This document shows, piece after piece, positions 1 to 11,800 of a DNA stretch of 64,000 nt (the first letter of the stretch is position 1; every line of letters starts with the position of its first letter). The position numbers and the translations under genes are program-made. The stretch lies in NCBI GenBank assembly GCA_963823665.1, contig CAWGMQ010000010.1, positions 928,001 through 992,000 on the forward strand, written 5' to 3'. The DNA comes from an uncultured Planctomycetota bacterium (GTDB taxonomy: Bacteria; Planctomycetota; Planctomycetia; Isosphaerales; Isosphaeraceae). The notes below the pieces were generated by a model. It was given only the letters and a program-made list of their open reading frames with translations, was not told the DNA's origin and ran no database searches.

Positions 1-1017
1 CGACGTCCCCTGGAACGGCGGGCGCCCGGTCAACAGCTCGTAGAGAATGGCGCCCAGCGCATACTGGTCCGCGGGCGGTCCAATTTGATGCGTCTGTCCA
101 TTGGCTTGCTCGGGCGACATGTAGCTCGGTGTGCCCAGAATCGCACCGGTGCGGGTCTGGCTCGAGTCATCCTCGAGCCGCTTCACCAGCCCGAAGTCCG
201 TGACTTTGAATGTGCCGTCATGCGCGATCAACACATTGGCCGGCTTGAGGTCGCGGTGGATGATTCCGCGCTTGTGCGCCACTTCCATGCCGGCCGCCAG
301 GGATGAGACGATTCGCGCGGCTTCGGCCGGAGGTTGAGGTTTGCCGCCGATCAGTCTGGCCAGGCTGCCGCCGGAAAGATACTCGAGCGAGCAGAACGGC
401 ATGCCACCATGCTCGCCAATCTCGAAAATGCGCACGATGTTCGGGTGCTCGATCGCCGCGACGGCCTGCGCTTCCGCCTCGAATCGGGCCAGGTCCTGCG
501 GCCGGGCACCAGCGCCCGCCCGGATCATCTTGAGCGCGACGAACCGGCCCAGGCGATCCTGTTTCGCCTTGAACACGATTCCCATCCCGCCTTCGCCCAG
601 GACTCCCAGAATCTCGTAGCCCGCGACCTTCGGGCGAATCCGCTCGGGTTGTTCGGCCCCCGGCGGGAGCGTGCGCTCGGTGTCGTCCGCGTCGGAGTGA
701 AGCGAAAACGAAAGCGTGTTGCCGCGGTCGCCGGAGGGGGGAGTGTCGAGAGTTGCCGCGCCGGCTTTGGGTGGCTGAGTGGCTTCCTCGAAACCAAGAT
801 CATCACGCGAGATCGTCTGCCCCGCAGTTGGCCCGGGCGACACGTTGCCGGCTCCGGAATGCTCCGTATCTGGCAGCGGCGGAATGAGGCCGGTCTCGTG
901 CGCCGCGCTTGCGCTCCGCTCACGCTGCGTCGCCCCACCACGAGCGGCGTCTGGCGCAGTCGGCGCCAGGTCCGCTGTTTGCTGTAAGTCCGTAGGGTCA
1001 GGCTGAGTTTTCTTCAT
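1..1017 (-). CDS. Serine/threonine protein kinase (Hanks type), 3' end runs off the window
   Basis: My translation of the minus strand from ATG 1017 ([15 protein letters not shown]...) gives [24 protein letters not shown] and [19 protein letters not shown]. The start overlaps the upstream glycosyltransferase stop (ATGA). It is missing from the ORF track because no stop codon lies in the window. Confidence 0.93.
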   Translation of the reverse strand, partial: MKKTQPDPTDLQQTADLAPTAPDAARGGATQRERSASAAHETGLIPPLPDTEHSGAGNVSPGPTAGQTISRDDLGFEEATQPPKAGAATLDTPPSGDRGNTLSFSLHSDADDTERTLPPGAEQPERIRPKVAGYEILGVLGEGGMGIVFKAKQDRLGRFVALKMIRAGAGARPQDLARFEAEAQAVAAIEHPNIVRIFEIGEHGGMPFCSLEYLSGGSLARLIGGKPQPPAEAARIVSSLAAGMEVAHKRGIIHRDLKPANVLIAHDGTFKVTDFGLVKRLEDDSSQTRTGAILGTPSYMSPEQANGQTHQIGPPADQYALGAILYELLTGRPPFQGTS

Positions 1018-2759
1018 CGAGCTGGCCCCTCCACCGGGCGGTCCCCAAAATCCGCACGAAGTAGATCGTACTTGAGCATCCACGCAACTGTCGACCGGCC
1101 AAGTCCCTTTTCGACGCCGCACTGAAACCAATATCGGTCGAAGTCTTCGATCGAGCAAGGAGCAAGCGAAAGCGCCCCGCGAATGACCTCCGGATCGCTC
1201 ACCCGCCGGTGCGGTGCGTGGTTCGCCAGCGGCATGCCGAGCAGTGAATCGATCATGCCCGAAGCTCCTGGTGAGGGACTCATACGATCGTTCTCGCCCA
1301 GGCAACGAGTTGGGTAGCCGGCAAACGCCGTTTCGGGAGACGGGTAAGCCGCCGGACCCGCCGTGCCTCGCCACCGGGCTCGGCCCGCGTCCAGCCGCGC
1401 AGCCCGCAGGCGCTCCTCATTCTGACGGCGCCACAGGCCTTCATAAGCTCCGATCACCTTCGCCCACGAGAAATGCTCTCTCGCGCGCGTGCAGCCCGCA
1501 ACTCCCATGCGCAAGCGGAGATCCTGGTCGCTCACAAGCCGTGTGAGTGCGGCGGCCATCGCGGGAACGTCAACCGCGGTCGCCTGGCTGATCTCCGCGA
1601 GGAAATGGTCGTAGTTCAGCTCGCCGGTCAAGAGCCGGGCCGTGGCGCCGGCCGTGGCCTCACCGACCATTGCCGTCGGCACCAGAAACCCGGTTCGGCC
1701 GTCTTCGACCAGATCGCGGTAACCGTTCCAGTCGGAGGCGACGACCGGCAGGCCGCTCGCCATCGCCTCGATGACTGACAGGCCGAACGTCTCCTGGATG
1801 TTGTCCGACGGAGAAATGAATACGTCCGCCGCGTGCCAGACCCCCCGGCGTACGCGCGCATCCCGTCCGTCCAGGAACGACGTGCTCACATTCGGCGCGA
1901 GGCCCACCGCCCCAGATTTGAAAGCATCGAGCACTGCCGGATGCGCCGCCCAGCCCGCCAGGATCAAATGCACTTTCCGGCCCGACGCACGCACCGCGTC
2001 CGCCACACTTCGAAACATCGGAAATGGATGCGCTTTCGCGTGGTGCGAAATCCGTCCGACGTAAAGCACGGCCACCTCGTCGTCTTTGACACCCATCGAC
2101 TCCCTGGCCGCCGCTCGCTCCGCTGGACTCGCGGGCGTGTATCGATCGACGTCGACTCCCAGCGGAATCACCACTTCCATCGGAGCCGCTCTCTTGAATC
2201 CGGAGGGCGCAAGTTGACCGAACCGTTCCAGCAGATACTCCGAATACGCGGTGGTCACTTCTCGAACCATCGCCAGAACTGCGCGCGACGTGCAGACAAG
2301 TGCGTCATACGGCTCGAACGGCGCGGTGACCATGGCCCGAAGGAGCCTGACGGCCTCGGCCGAGCACAGCGTGTGCGTGACTCCCGTGAGCGAAAAGCCG
2401 TGCGGGCGCGCCTGCTGCCGAAGCCACGCGAGCGCAGGGTCGCTCGGCTGGGGGAAATGCAAGACTTCCGGCGCCCTTCCCTTTTGCAAAGTCTCGTACA
2501 GCTCGCCTCTGCCGATCAGCCGCAGGGTGCGACCAGGCTCCGCCGGCCTCGCCCGGTCGCGCCACGACTGCACCAGCGTTGCGGCGGAGTCACGCGTCCG
2601 GACAAGCGCCGCCATCTCGGAAAACGTGCCGTGCGTCAAGTACGCATCCAGAAACGATCGTCCGGCAACCTGCCGGCCCATCAGGCCGATCGCGGCGCCC
2701 CCCGCCTCGACATAGGCATCGTCATCATAGACCAGCGCGACAACCGGCTGCGCACCCAC
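1014..2759 (-). CDS. Glycosyltransferase family 4 (GT-B) protein
   Basis: 581 aa with [61 protein letters not shown], i.e. the GT4 E-x7-E motif. Confidence 0.93.
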   Translation of the reverse strand: MGAQPVVALVYDDDAYVEAGGAAIGLMGRQVAGRSFLDAYLTHGTFSEMAALVRTRDSAATLVQSWRDRARPAEPGRTLRLIGRGELYETLQKGRAPEVLHFPQPSDPALAWLRQQARPHGFSLTGVTHTLCSAEAVRLLRAMVTAPFEPYDALVCTSRAVLAMVREVTTAYSEYLLERFGQLAPSGFKRAAPMEVVIPLGVDVDRYTPASPAERAAARESMGVKDDEVAVLYVGRISHHAKAHPFPMFRSVADAVRASGRKVHLILAGWAAHPAVLDAFKSGAVGLAPNVSTSFLDGRDARVRRGVWHAADVFISPSDNIQETFGLSVIEAMASGLPVVASDWNGYRDLVEDGRTGFLVPTAMVGEATAGATARLLTGELNYDHFLAEISQATAVDVPAMAAALTRLVSDQDLRLRMGVAGCTRAREHFSWAKVIGAYEGLWRRQNEERLRAARLDAGRARWRGTAGPAAYPSPETAFAGYPTRCLGENDRMSPSPGASGMIDSLLGMPLANHAPHRRVSDPEVIRGALSLAPCSIEDFDRYWFQCGVEKGLGRSTVAWMLKYDLLRADFGDRPVEGPAR

Positions 2760-2824
2760 GGAAAACTTTCGTCAAGAATGGTAAGAGATTGGAAACCGCC
2801 GCTCTCTTGCAACCTCCCCGCATT

Positions 2825-5800
2825 CTAACGTCCCCGCTGCCGGCGCCCGAAGGGTAAGCGGGCGGAAATCCTCCGAGCGGCTGACTTCCCGCCCAGGAGC
2901 AACCCCGCGCCGAAGCCGCAAAAGCCCCCAACCAGGAAGATCTCTGCAGGATCCTTGGACGGCTGCTCCTGAGGCCGGTCAGGTTCCCTTGACCCCAACG
3001 GGCCCGCCGGCGCCTTGGCCAACCCGGCTGCACCTTCCGGGCCGGCAACGAATTTCGGACGAACACCATTCAGCCAGGAAACCGCAACTCTCGGAGCCTC
3101 GACCGATGATGCTGCCGTGTGCGCCGCGGGAGCGACCAATCCAGCGGCTAGCTCGTCCAGATCCGAATCGAGCTCTCGGGCGGTGGAGAGCGCCGCGGCA
3201 AAGAGCGCCGAGCGATCGCAGGCATTGGCAAGATCACGCGCGAACTGCGGCAGTGATCCCGTTCGGTTGATGCTGGACTGCGGAACCACATGGCTCGAGC
3301 GCTCTGCCTGCGGTACCGCCGCAACCGACGGCCCGGCGAAGGCGAAGCTCTGAGTGTTTGCTCCGGCGGCAAACGGCGCGAAGATCAGGACCGTTGCGTT
3401 TGAAGCCGCCACCGCGGTGTGCTCGCTCACCACCGTCGTCACCGTCTGATCCTGGAACGAGGCCGAGCCGGCGCCCTGATTCGCAAGCGGCGCGTGGCCC
3501 TGTCCCGCGGCTGTGATGGTGAGGGAATCAAAGACGTTGATGACATCCGTCTCGGAGCCTTCACCGGACACCTGGCCGTCCAGGGTCGCGTCTTGTAGTG
3601 GGCCGACCTTCGCTCCGGAGTACGCCGTGCCTGCGCCCTGATACGCCACCAGGTCCGAAACAAGCAGGTTCGCGATCGGCGTGCCCAGACCGGTCACCAG
3701 GTTGTATCCTGATTCCGCATCGTATCCGTTGTTGCCGCTAGTGATGACGTTGTAATCGCTCTGCGGCAGACTGTAGAGGGCTTGTTGCACCTCGGTGGGG
3801 CTCGTGCTGTTCAAAACCGGTTGCCCGGCAACTTCCCGGCCCTGATTCACGAGTGCCAGCAAGCCGGCCCACGCAGGCGCCGACAAGCTGGTGCCGCCCA
3901 CGACCTCGAACGGGCTCGACGAGTCCGCCAGGTTGTAAGGATCCGCGATCCACGCACCCGTGGCCGGGTCTGCGACTAACGAAACATCGGGAGTGGTCCG
4001 GCCACCTGTTGCCTGGACTCCCTGCTGGTACGAAGGCTCGGGCTCGAACTGGCTGATCCCGCCTCCGGACCCGATCACCGTGCCCTGCGAGCCCGAGACG
4101 TTGCCCCAGCCGAGCTCATGATCGTAGGCCCCGAGATTGTTCAGATCGAGCGTCGTACCGCCGACCGCCAGCACATTCGGCGAGTACGCGGGATATTCCG
4201 GATCGGCAGCTCCGTAATCTCCCGTGCTCGCCACGAAGCTGACTCCGGGAACGTCGAGCATCGCGTCGTACGTGGCTTCGTCGCTCGCCGAGACACTCTG
4301 CCCTTCCGCGAAGCCCCAGCTCATCGAAACGACCGACACCCCCGGCTGGCCCGCCGCGGTGGCCACGGCCGCCATCAGGTCGGAAAGCGACTGGCTGTTG
4401 GCCTCCACCAGCACGATCTTCGCGCCCGGTGCGATGGCATGCGCCCATTCCACGTCCAGCGATTCCTCGACCTCCCAGTTGTCCGTTCCCGGGCCGTTGG
4501 GATCAGATGCCGGCAGCGATGTGCTCTGGCCGTCCTGCCCGATCACCGTCAAGAACGATGACGCCGGCCCGTACTGGTCGTAAAGCGACGGTCCCGAATC
4601 AGTGAGCCCGAACTGCGTGTCAAACGCATCGACCGCCGGGTAGATGTCTGGGTTGTCATAGGCGTCGACCAGGGCAATTGTCTGCCCGCTGCCATCGGTC
4701 GTGAGGCTGCTCACGCCGTACGCCGACCGAACCTGTGCGGGGCTGTACGCCACGGCTCCGTCTGGCGCCGACAGAGTGGCCACGTTCGTGATCGCATTAC
4801 CGCTGAGCGTGATCGTGTCGACGATGATCGACGCATTCAACTGGGCATCGCCGCTCTCGACTAGCCCGGCCGACGGAGCATAAATCGTGCCCGAAACCCC
4901 TGCCATCGCATTACCGCTGTAGGTGAGCACGTGCGTGTTGGCGGCAGGCTGGATGAAGAGCAGGTTCGCATATGTGCCCGTCGTTGCCGGAGTCAGCTTG
5001 AACGTGCCGTTGCCGCTCAAGGTGATGGCTCCCGAAGTACCGCCGCTCGAGGGGAACGCGCTGTTGGTGTTGTAGATCGTCACTCCCGTGCCGGTGACAC
5101 TCGCATTTCCGGAAACGGAGAAGCCTCCGCCTGTGATGATGTAGATGCCGGCGCTCATGGTCAGGCTGGCGTTGCCCGAGACAGCGATCGCGCTATAGAT
5201 ACCTGACTTGATCGTAGCCGTCGAGTTGCCGCTCAAACTGTACGAGCCGTAATTCGTCAGGCCCGTCTCACTCGGCACAGCGAGCCCTGAGAGCGGATCA
5301 TTCACGACGGCCGCTTTCGTCACCGCCGCCGGAGAGAAGCTCGCGTTGCCGCTCTTCGAGACGCTGCCATGCACGTCGATCACCGCCGCGTTGATCGCGG
5401 CGTTTCCACTGGCCAGAATTGCGCTGGACGAGCTGGAATCGACATACACCCCGCCCGTCAATTTGATGCTGGCGTTCCCTGAAATGCTGAGGGCTCCGCC
5501 GGCCGTGGGGTCCAGCACGATGAGCGACTGACCCATCGTGATCGTACTCGTCGCCGCGCTGCTCGTCAGGAAGTTCGAGTCGCCCGAATAAGTGACGGTG
5601 ATCGCGTGAGTACCCGATGACAACGCCGTTGTGCTGAGTGAGGCAGCTCCGCCTGAGAGAGCGACCGAGCCCAGGTCAACACTGGTCGTGGTGTCGAAGA
5701 AATCAACACTGCCGGTCGGAGTGCCCGAGCCGGGAGCGTTCGCCGTGACGGTCGCTGTGATCGTGACCGTCTGCCCAATGGAGCCGCTGGTTGTCGACGT

Positions 5801-8800
5801 CGTGGCCGCCGTGGTGGTCGTATCCTTGTTGATCGTGAGCGTGCCGGCAACATACGTGAACGAGTAATTGGGATCAACCGCCCCGCTCACGGTGATCGCG
5901 TAGGTTCCGACCGGGCTGGTGATCGTGGCCGTTGTCGACGCGGTTGGCAAGGTTGTGAGACTGCTCGAACTCTCGCCGGTCACGAAGCCAGAATAGCTCA
6001 CATTCGGAGCCGGGTTGGCCTGCCCGTAGACCTTGGACGCGTTATTGGCGGTGATGGTCAGCGGGGCGGTATTGACCGTCAGGGTGCCGTTCTTGTAGGT
6101 GATGCTGTAATTGGAGAGTCCCGAGCCGGTGGCGGCGCTGGGGGTGATGGTCCAGGGTGTGGCGCTGTAGTTGTAATTTCCGGAGCTGCTGAGCGTGGCG
6201 TTGGTGGAGAGCGTGACGCCGCTGATCGAGTCGCCGGAAATCAGGCCGGACTCGGTGAAGCCGGTGGTGCCGCTCAGGCTCACACTGCCGTAAGTGCCGG
6301 AGACGTTGTTGGCGGTGATGGCCAGCGGTGCGGCGATGATCTTGCCGTTCGAGTCGGAGAGCGAACTGGTCGTGAGGTTGTAGTCACCCGAGTCGACGCC
6401 GCCCAGGACCAGGTTGGTGTAGGTGACCGTCTTGCCGCTGCCGACATTCTTATTGTTGTAATTGCCGGTCGCGGAGAGCGTCACGACGTCGCCGGAGACC
6501 GGGGTGGACAGGGTGTAATCGCTGCCCAGGGTTGCGGTGGTGGTGCCGTCGTAGGTCTTCTGCTCGACGGCTCCGTTGAGCGCGGCGGTGATGCTGAGCT
6601 TGCTGATAGTGAGGCCGACCGGAGCGGCGTCATAGGTGATGCTGTAATTGGTGAGCCCCGAGCCGGTCGCAGCGCTGGGCGTGATGGTCCAGGGGGTGGC
6701 GCTGTAGTTATAGTTTCCTGAGCTGCTGAGCGTGGCATTGGTGGTCAAGATGACACCGCTGATCGAGTCGCCCGAGACGAGGCCAGACTCGGTGAAGCCG
6801 GTCGTGCCGTTCAAGCTCACGCTGCCATACGTGCCGGAGACGTTGTTGGCGGTGATGGCCAGCGGTGCGGCGATGATCTTGCCGTTCGAGTCGGAGAGCG
6901 AACTGGTCGTGAGGTTGTAGTCGCCCGAGTCGACGCCGCCCAGGATGAGGTTGGTGTAAGTGACCGTCTTGCCGCTGCCGACATTCTTATTGTTGTAATT
7001 GCCGGTCGCGGAGAGCGTCACGACGTCGCCGGTGACCGGGGCGGACAGGGTGTAATCGCTGCCCAGGGTTGCAGTGGTGGTGCCGTCGTAGGTCTTCTGC
7101 TCGACGGCTCCGTTGAGCGCGGCGGTGATGTTGAGCTTGCTGACGGTGAGGCCGTTCGGGGCGGTGTCATAGGTGATGCTGTAATTGGTGAGTCCCGAGC
7201 CGGTGGCGTCGCTGGGGGTGATGGTCCATTGCGTGGCGCTGTAGTTGTAATTTCCGGAGCTGCTGACCGTGGCGTTGGTGCTCAGCACGACGCTGCTGAT
7301 CGAGTCGCCGCTGACGAGGCCGGACTCGGTGAAGCCGGTGGTGCCGCTCAGGCTCACGCTGCCGTAAGTGCCGGAGACGTTCTTGGCCGTGATGGTGAGC
7401 GCGGCGGTGTCGATCTTGCCATGGGCGTCAGAGAGCGAAGTGTTGGTGAGGTTGTAGTCGCCGGCGTCGAGTCCGCCCAGGGCCAGATTGGTGTAGGTGA
7501 CGGTCTTGCCGCTGCCGGCATTCTTGGTGTCGTAATTGCCGGTGGCCGACATTGTCACGAAGTCGCCGGCGACCGGAGTGGAGAGGGTGTAATCATTGCC
7601 CAGAGCGGCGCTGGTGGTGCCGTCATAGGTCTTCTCCTCGACCGCTCCGTTGAGCGCAGCGGTGATGTTGAGCTTGCTGATGGTGAGGCCCGTCGCGGCG
7701 TTGGCATAGACGATGGTGTAATTGGAGAGTCCCGAGCCGGTGGCGTTGCTGGGGGTGATGGTCAAGGGGGTGGCGCTGTAGTTGTAATTTCCGGAGCTGC
7801 TGAGCGTCGCGTTGGTGGTCAGCGTGACGGCGCTGATCGAGTCGCCGCTGACGAGGCCGGACTCGGTGAAGCCGGTGGTGCCGCTCAGGCTCACGCTGCC
7901 GTAAGTGCCGGAGACGTTCTTGGCCGTGATGGTGAGCGCGGCGGTGTCGATCTTGCCATGGGCGTCGGAGAGCGAAGTGTTGGTGAGGTTATAGTCGCCG
8001 GCGTCGAGTCCGCCCAGGGCCAGGTTGGTGTAGGTGACGGTCTTGCCGCTGCCGGCATTCTGGGTGTCGTAAGTGCCGGTGGCCGACAGCGTGACGACGT
8101 CGTCGGTGACCAGAGTGGAGAGGGTGTAATCATTGCCCAAGGCGGCGCTGGTGGTGCCGTCATAGGTCTTCTCCTCGACGGCTCCGTTAAGCGCGGCGGT
8201 GATGTTGAGCTTGCTGATAGTGAGGCCGTTCGGGGCGGTGTCATAGGTGATGCTGTAATTGGTGAGTCCCGAGCCGGTAGCGTTGCTGGGGGTGATGGTC
8301 AAGGGGGTGGCGCTGTAGTTGTAATTTCCGGAGCTGCTGAGCGTCGCGTTGGTGGTCAGCGTGACGGCGCTGATCGAGTCGCCGCTGACGAGGCCGGACT
8401 CGGTGAAGCCGGTGGTGCCGCTCAGGCTCACGCTGCCGTAAGTGCCGGAGACGTTCTTGGCCGTGATGGTGAGCGCGGCGGTGTCGATCTTGCCATGGGC
8501 GTCAGAGAGCGAAGTGTTGGTGAGGTTGTAGTCGCCGGCGTCGAGTCCGCCCAGGGCCAGATTGGTGTAGGTGACGGTCTTGCCGCTGCCGGCATTCTTG
8601 GTGTCGTAATTGCCGGTGGCCGACATTGTCACGAAGTCGCCGGCGACCGGAGTGGAGAGGGTGTAATCATTGCCCAGAGCGGCGCTGGTGGTGCCGTCAT
8701 AGGTCTTCTCCTCGACCGCTCCGTTGAGCGCAGCGGTGATGTTGAGCTTGCTGATGGTGAGGCCCGTCGCGGCGTTGGCATAGACGATGGTGTAATTGGA

Positions 8801-11800
8801 GAGTCCCGAGCCGGTGGCGTTGCTGGGGGTGATGGTCAAGGGGGTGGCGCTGTAGTTGTAATTTCCGGAGCTGCTGAGCGTCGCGTTGGTGGTCAGCGTG
8901 ACGGCGCTGATCGAGTCGCCGCTGACGAGGCCGGACTCGGTGAAGCCGGTGGTGCCGCTCAGGCTCACGCTGCCGTAAGTGCCGGAGACGTTCTTGGCCG
9001 TGATGGTGAGCGCGGCGGTGTCGATCTTGCCATGGGCGTCGGAGAGCGAAGTGTTGGTGAGGTTGTAGTCGCCGGCGTCGAGTCCGCCCAGGGCAAGATT
9101 GGTGTAGGTGACGGTCTTGCCGCTGCCGGCATTCTGGGTGTCGTAAGTGCCGGTGGCCGACAGCGTGACGACGTCGTCGGTGACCAGAGTGGAGAGGGTG
9201 TAATCACTGCCCAGGGCGGCGCTGGTGGTGCCGTCATAGGTCTTCTCCTCGACGGCTCCGTTAAGCGCGGCGGTGATGTTGAGCTTGCTGATAGTGAGGC
9301 CGTTCGGGGCGGTGTCATAGGTGATGCTGTAATTGGAGAGTCCCGAGCCGGTGGCGTTGCTGGGGGTGATGGTCAAGGGGGTGGCGCTGTAGTTGTAATT
9401 TCCGGAGCTGCTGAGCGTCGCGTTGGTGGTCAGCGTGACGGCGCTGATCGAGTCGCCGCTGACGAGGCCGGACTCGGTGAAGCCGGTGGTGCCGCTCAGG
9501 CTCACGCTGCCGTAAGTGCCGGAGACGTTCTTGGCGGTGATGGTGAGCGCGGCGGTGTCGATCTTGCCGTTGGCGTCGGAGAGCGAAGTGTTGGTGAGGT
9601 TGTAGTCGCCGGCGTCGAGTCCGCCCAGGGCCAGATTGGTGAAGGTGACGGTCTTGCCGCTGCCGGCATTCTGGGTGTCGTAAGTGCCGGTGGCCGACAG
9701 CGTGACGACGTCGTCGGTGACCAGAGTGGAGAGGGTGTAATCACTGCCCAGGGCGGCGCTGGTGGTGCCGTCATAGGTCTTCTCCTCGACGGCTCCGTTA
9801 AGCGCGGCGGTGATGTTGAGCTTGCTGATAGTGAGGCCGTTCGGGGCGGTGTCATAGGTGATGCTGTAATTGGAGAGTCCCGAGCCGGTGGCGTTGCTGG
9901 GGGTGATGGTCAAGGGGGTGGCGCTGTAGTTGTAATTTCCGGAGCTGCTGAGCGTCGCGTTGGTGGTCAGCGTGACGGCGCTGATCGAGTCGCCGGTGAT
10001 GAGGCCGGACTCGGTGAAGCCGGTGGTGCCGCTCAGGCTCACGCTGCCGTAAGTGCCGGAGACGTTCTTGGCGGTGATGGTGAGCGCGGCGGTGTCGATC
10101 TTGCCGTTGGCGTCAGAGAGCGAATTGCTGGTCAGGTTGTAGTCGCCGGCGTCAAGGCCGCCCATGGCCAGATTGGTGAAGGTGACGGTCTTGCCGCTAC
10201 CGGCATTCTGGGTGTCGTAAGTGCCGGTGGCCGACAGTGTCACGACGTCGTCGGTGACCGGGGTGTAAAGGGTGTAATCACTGCCCAGGGCGGCGCTGGT
10301 GGTGCCGTCATAGGTCTTCTCCTCGACGGCTCCGTTAAGCGCGGCGGTGATGTTGAGCTTGCTGATAGTGAGGCCGTTCGGGGCGGTGTCATAGGTGATG
10401 CTGTAATTGGTGAGTCCCGAGCCGGTGGCGTCGCTGGGGGTGATGGTCCATGGCGTGGCGCTGTAGTTGTAATTTCCGGAGCTGCTGAGCGTGGCGTTGG
10501 TGGAGAGCGTGACGCCGCTGATCAACTCGCCGGTGATGAGGCCGGACTCGGTGAAGCCGGTGGTGCCGCTCAGGCTCACGCTGCCGTAAGTGCCGGAGAC
10601 GTCCTTGGCGGTGATGGCCAGCGCGGCAGTGTCGATCTCGCCGTTGGCGTCGGAGAGCGAAGTGTTGGTGAGGTTATAGTCGCCGGCGTCGAGTCCGCCC
10701 AGGGCCAGGTTGGTGTAGGTGACGGTCTTGCCGCTGCCGGCATTCTGGGTGTCGTAAGTGCCGGTGGCCGACAGCGTGACGACGTCGTCGGTGACCAGAG
10801 TGGAGAGGGTGTAATCATTGCCCAAGGCGGCGCTGGTGGTGCCGTCATAGGTCTTCTCCTCGACGGCTCCGTTAAGCGCGGCGGTGATGTTGAGCTTGCT
10901 GATAGTGAGGCCGTTCGGGGCGGTGTCATAGGTGATGCTGTAATTGGTGAGTCCCGAGCCGGTGGCGTCGCTGGGGGTGATGGTCCATGGCGTGGCGCTG
11001 TAGTTGTAATTTCCGGAGCTGCTGAGCGTGGCGTTGGTGGAGAGCGTGACGCCGCTGATCGAGTCGCCGGTGATGAGGCCGGACTCGGTGAAGCCGGTGG
11101 TGCCGCTCAGGCTCACGCTGCCGTAAGTGCCGGAGACGTTCTTGGCGGTGATGGTGAGCGCGGCGGTGTCGATCTTGCCGTTGGCGTCAGAGAGCGAATT
11201 GCTGGTCAGGTTGTAGTCGCCGGCGTCAAGGCCGCCCATGGCCAGATTGGTGAAGGTGACGGTCTTGCCGCTACCGGCATTCTGGGTGTCGTAAGTGCCG
11301 GTGGCCGACAGTGTCACGACGTCGTCGGTGACCGGGGTGTAAAGGGTGTAATCACTGCCCAGGGCGGCGCTGGTGGTGCCGTCATAGGTCTTCTCCTCGA
11401 CGGCTCCGTTAAGCGCGGCGGTGATGTTGAGCTTGCTGATAGTGAGGCCGTTCGGGGCGGTGTCATAGGTGATGCTGTAATTGGTGAGTCCCGAGCCGGT
11501 GGCGTCGCTGGGGGTGATGGTCCATGGCGTGGCGCTGTAGTTGTAATTTCCGGAGCTGCTGAGCGTGGCGTTGGTGGAGAGCGTGACGCCGCTGATCGAG
11601 TCGCCGGTGATCAGGCCGGACTCGGTGAAGCCGGTGGTGCCGTTCAGGCTCACGCTGCCGTAAGTGCCGGAGACGTCCTGGGCGGTGATGGTCAACGGCG
11701 CGGGTGTGATGACCTGACTGATGGGATTGGAACTCGACCCCTGATTATTCGCGTCGCCGCCGTAGACGGCAATGATCGTGTATGGGCCGCCGCTCACGGT

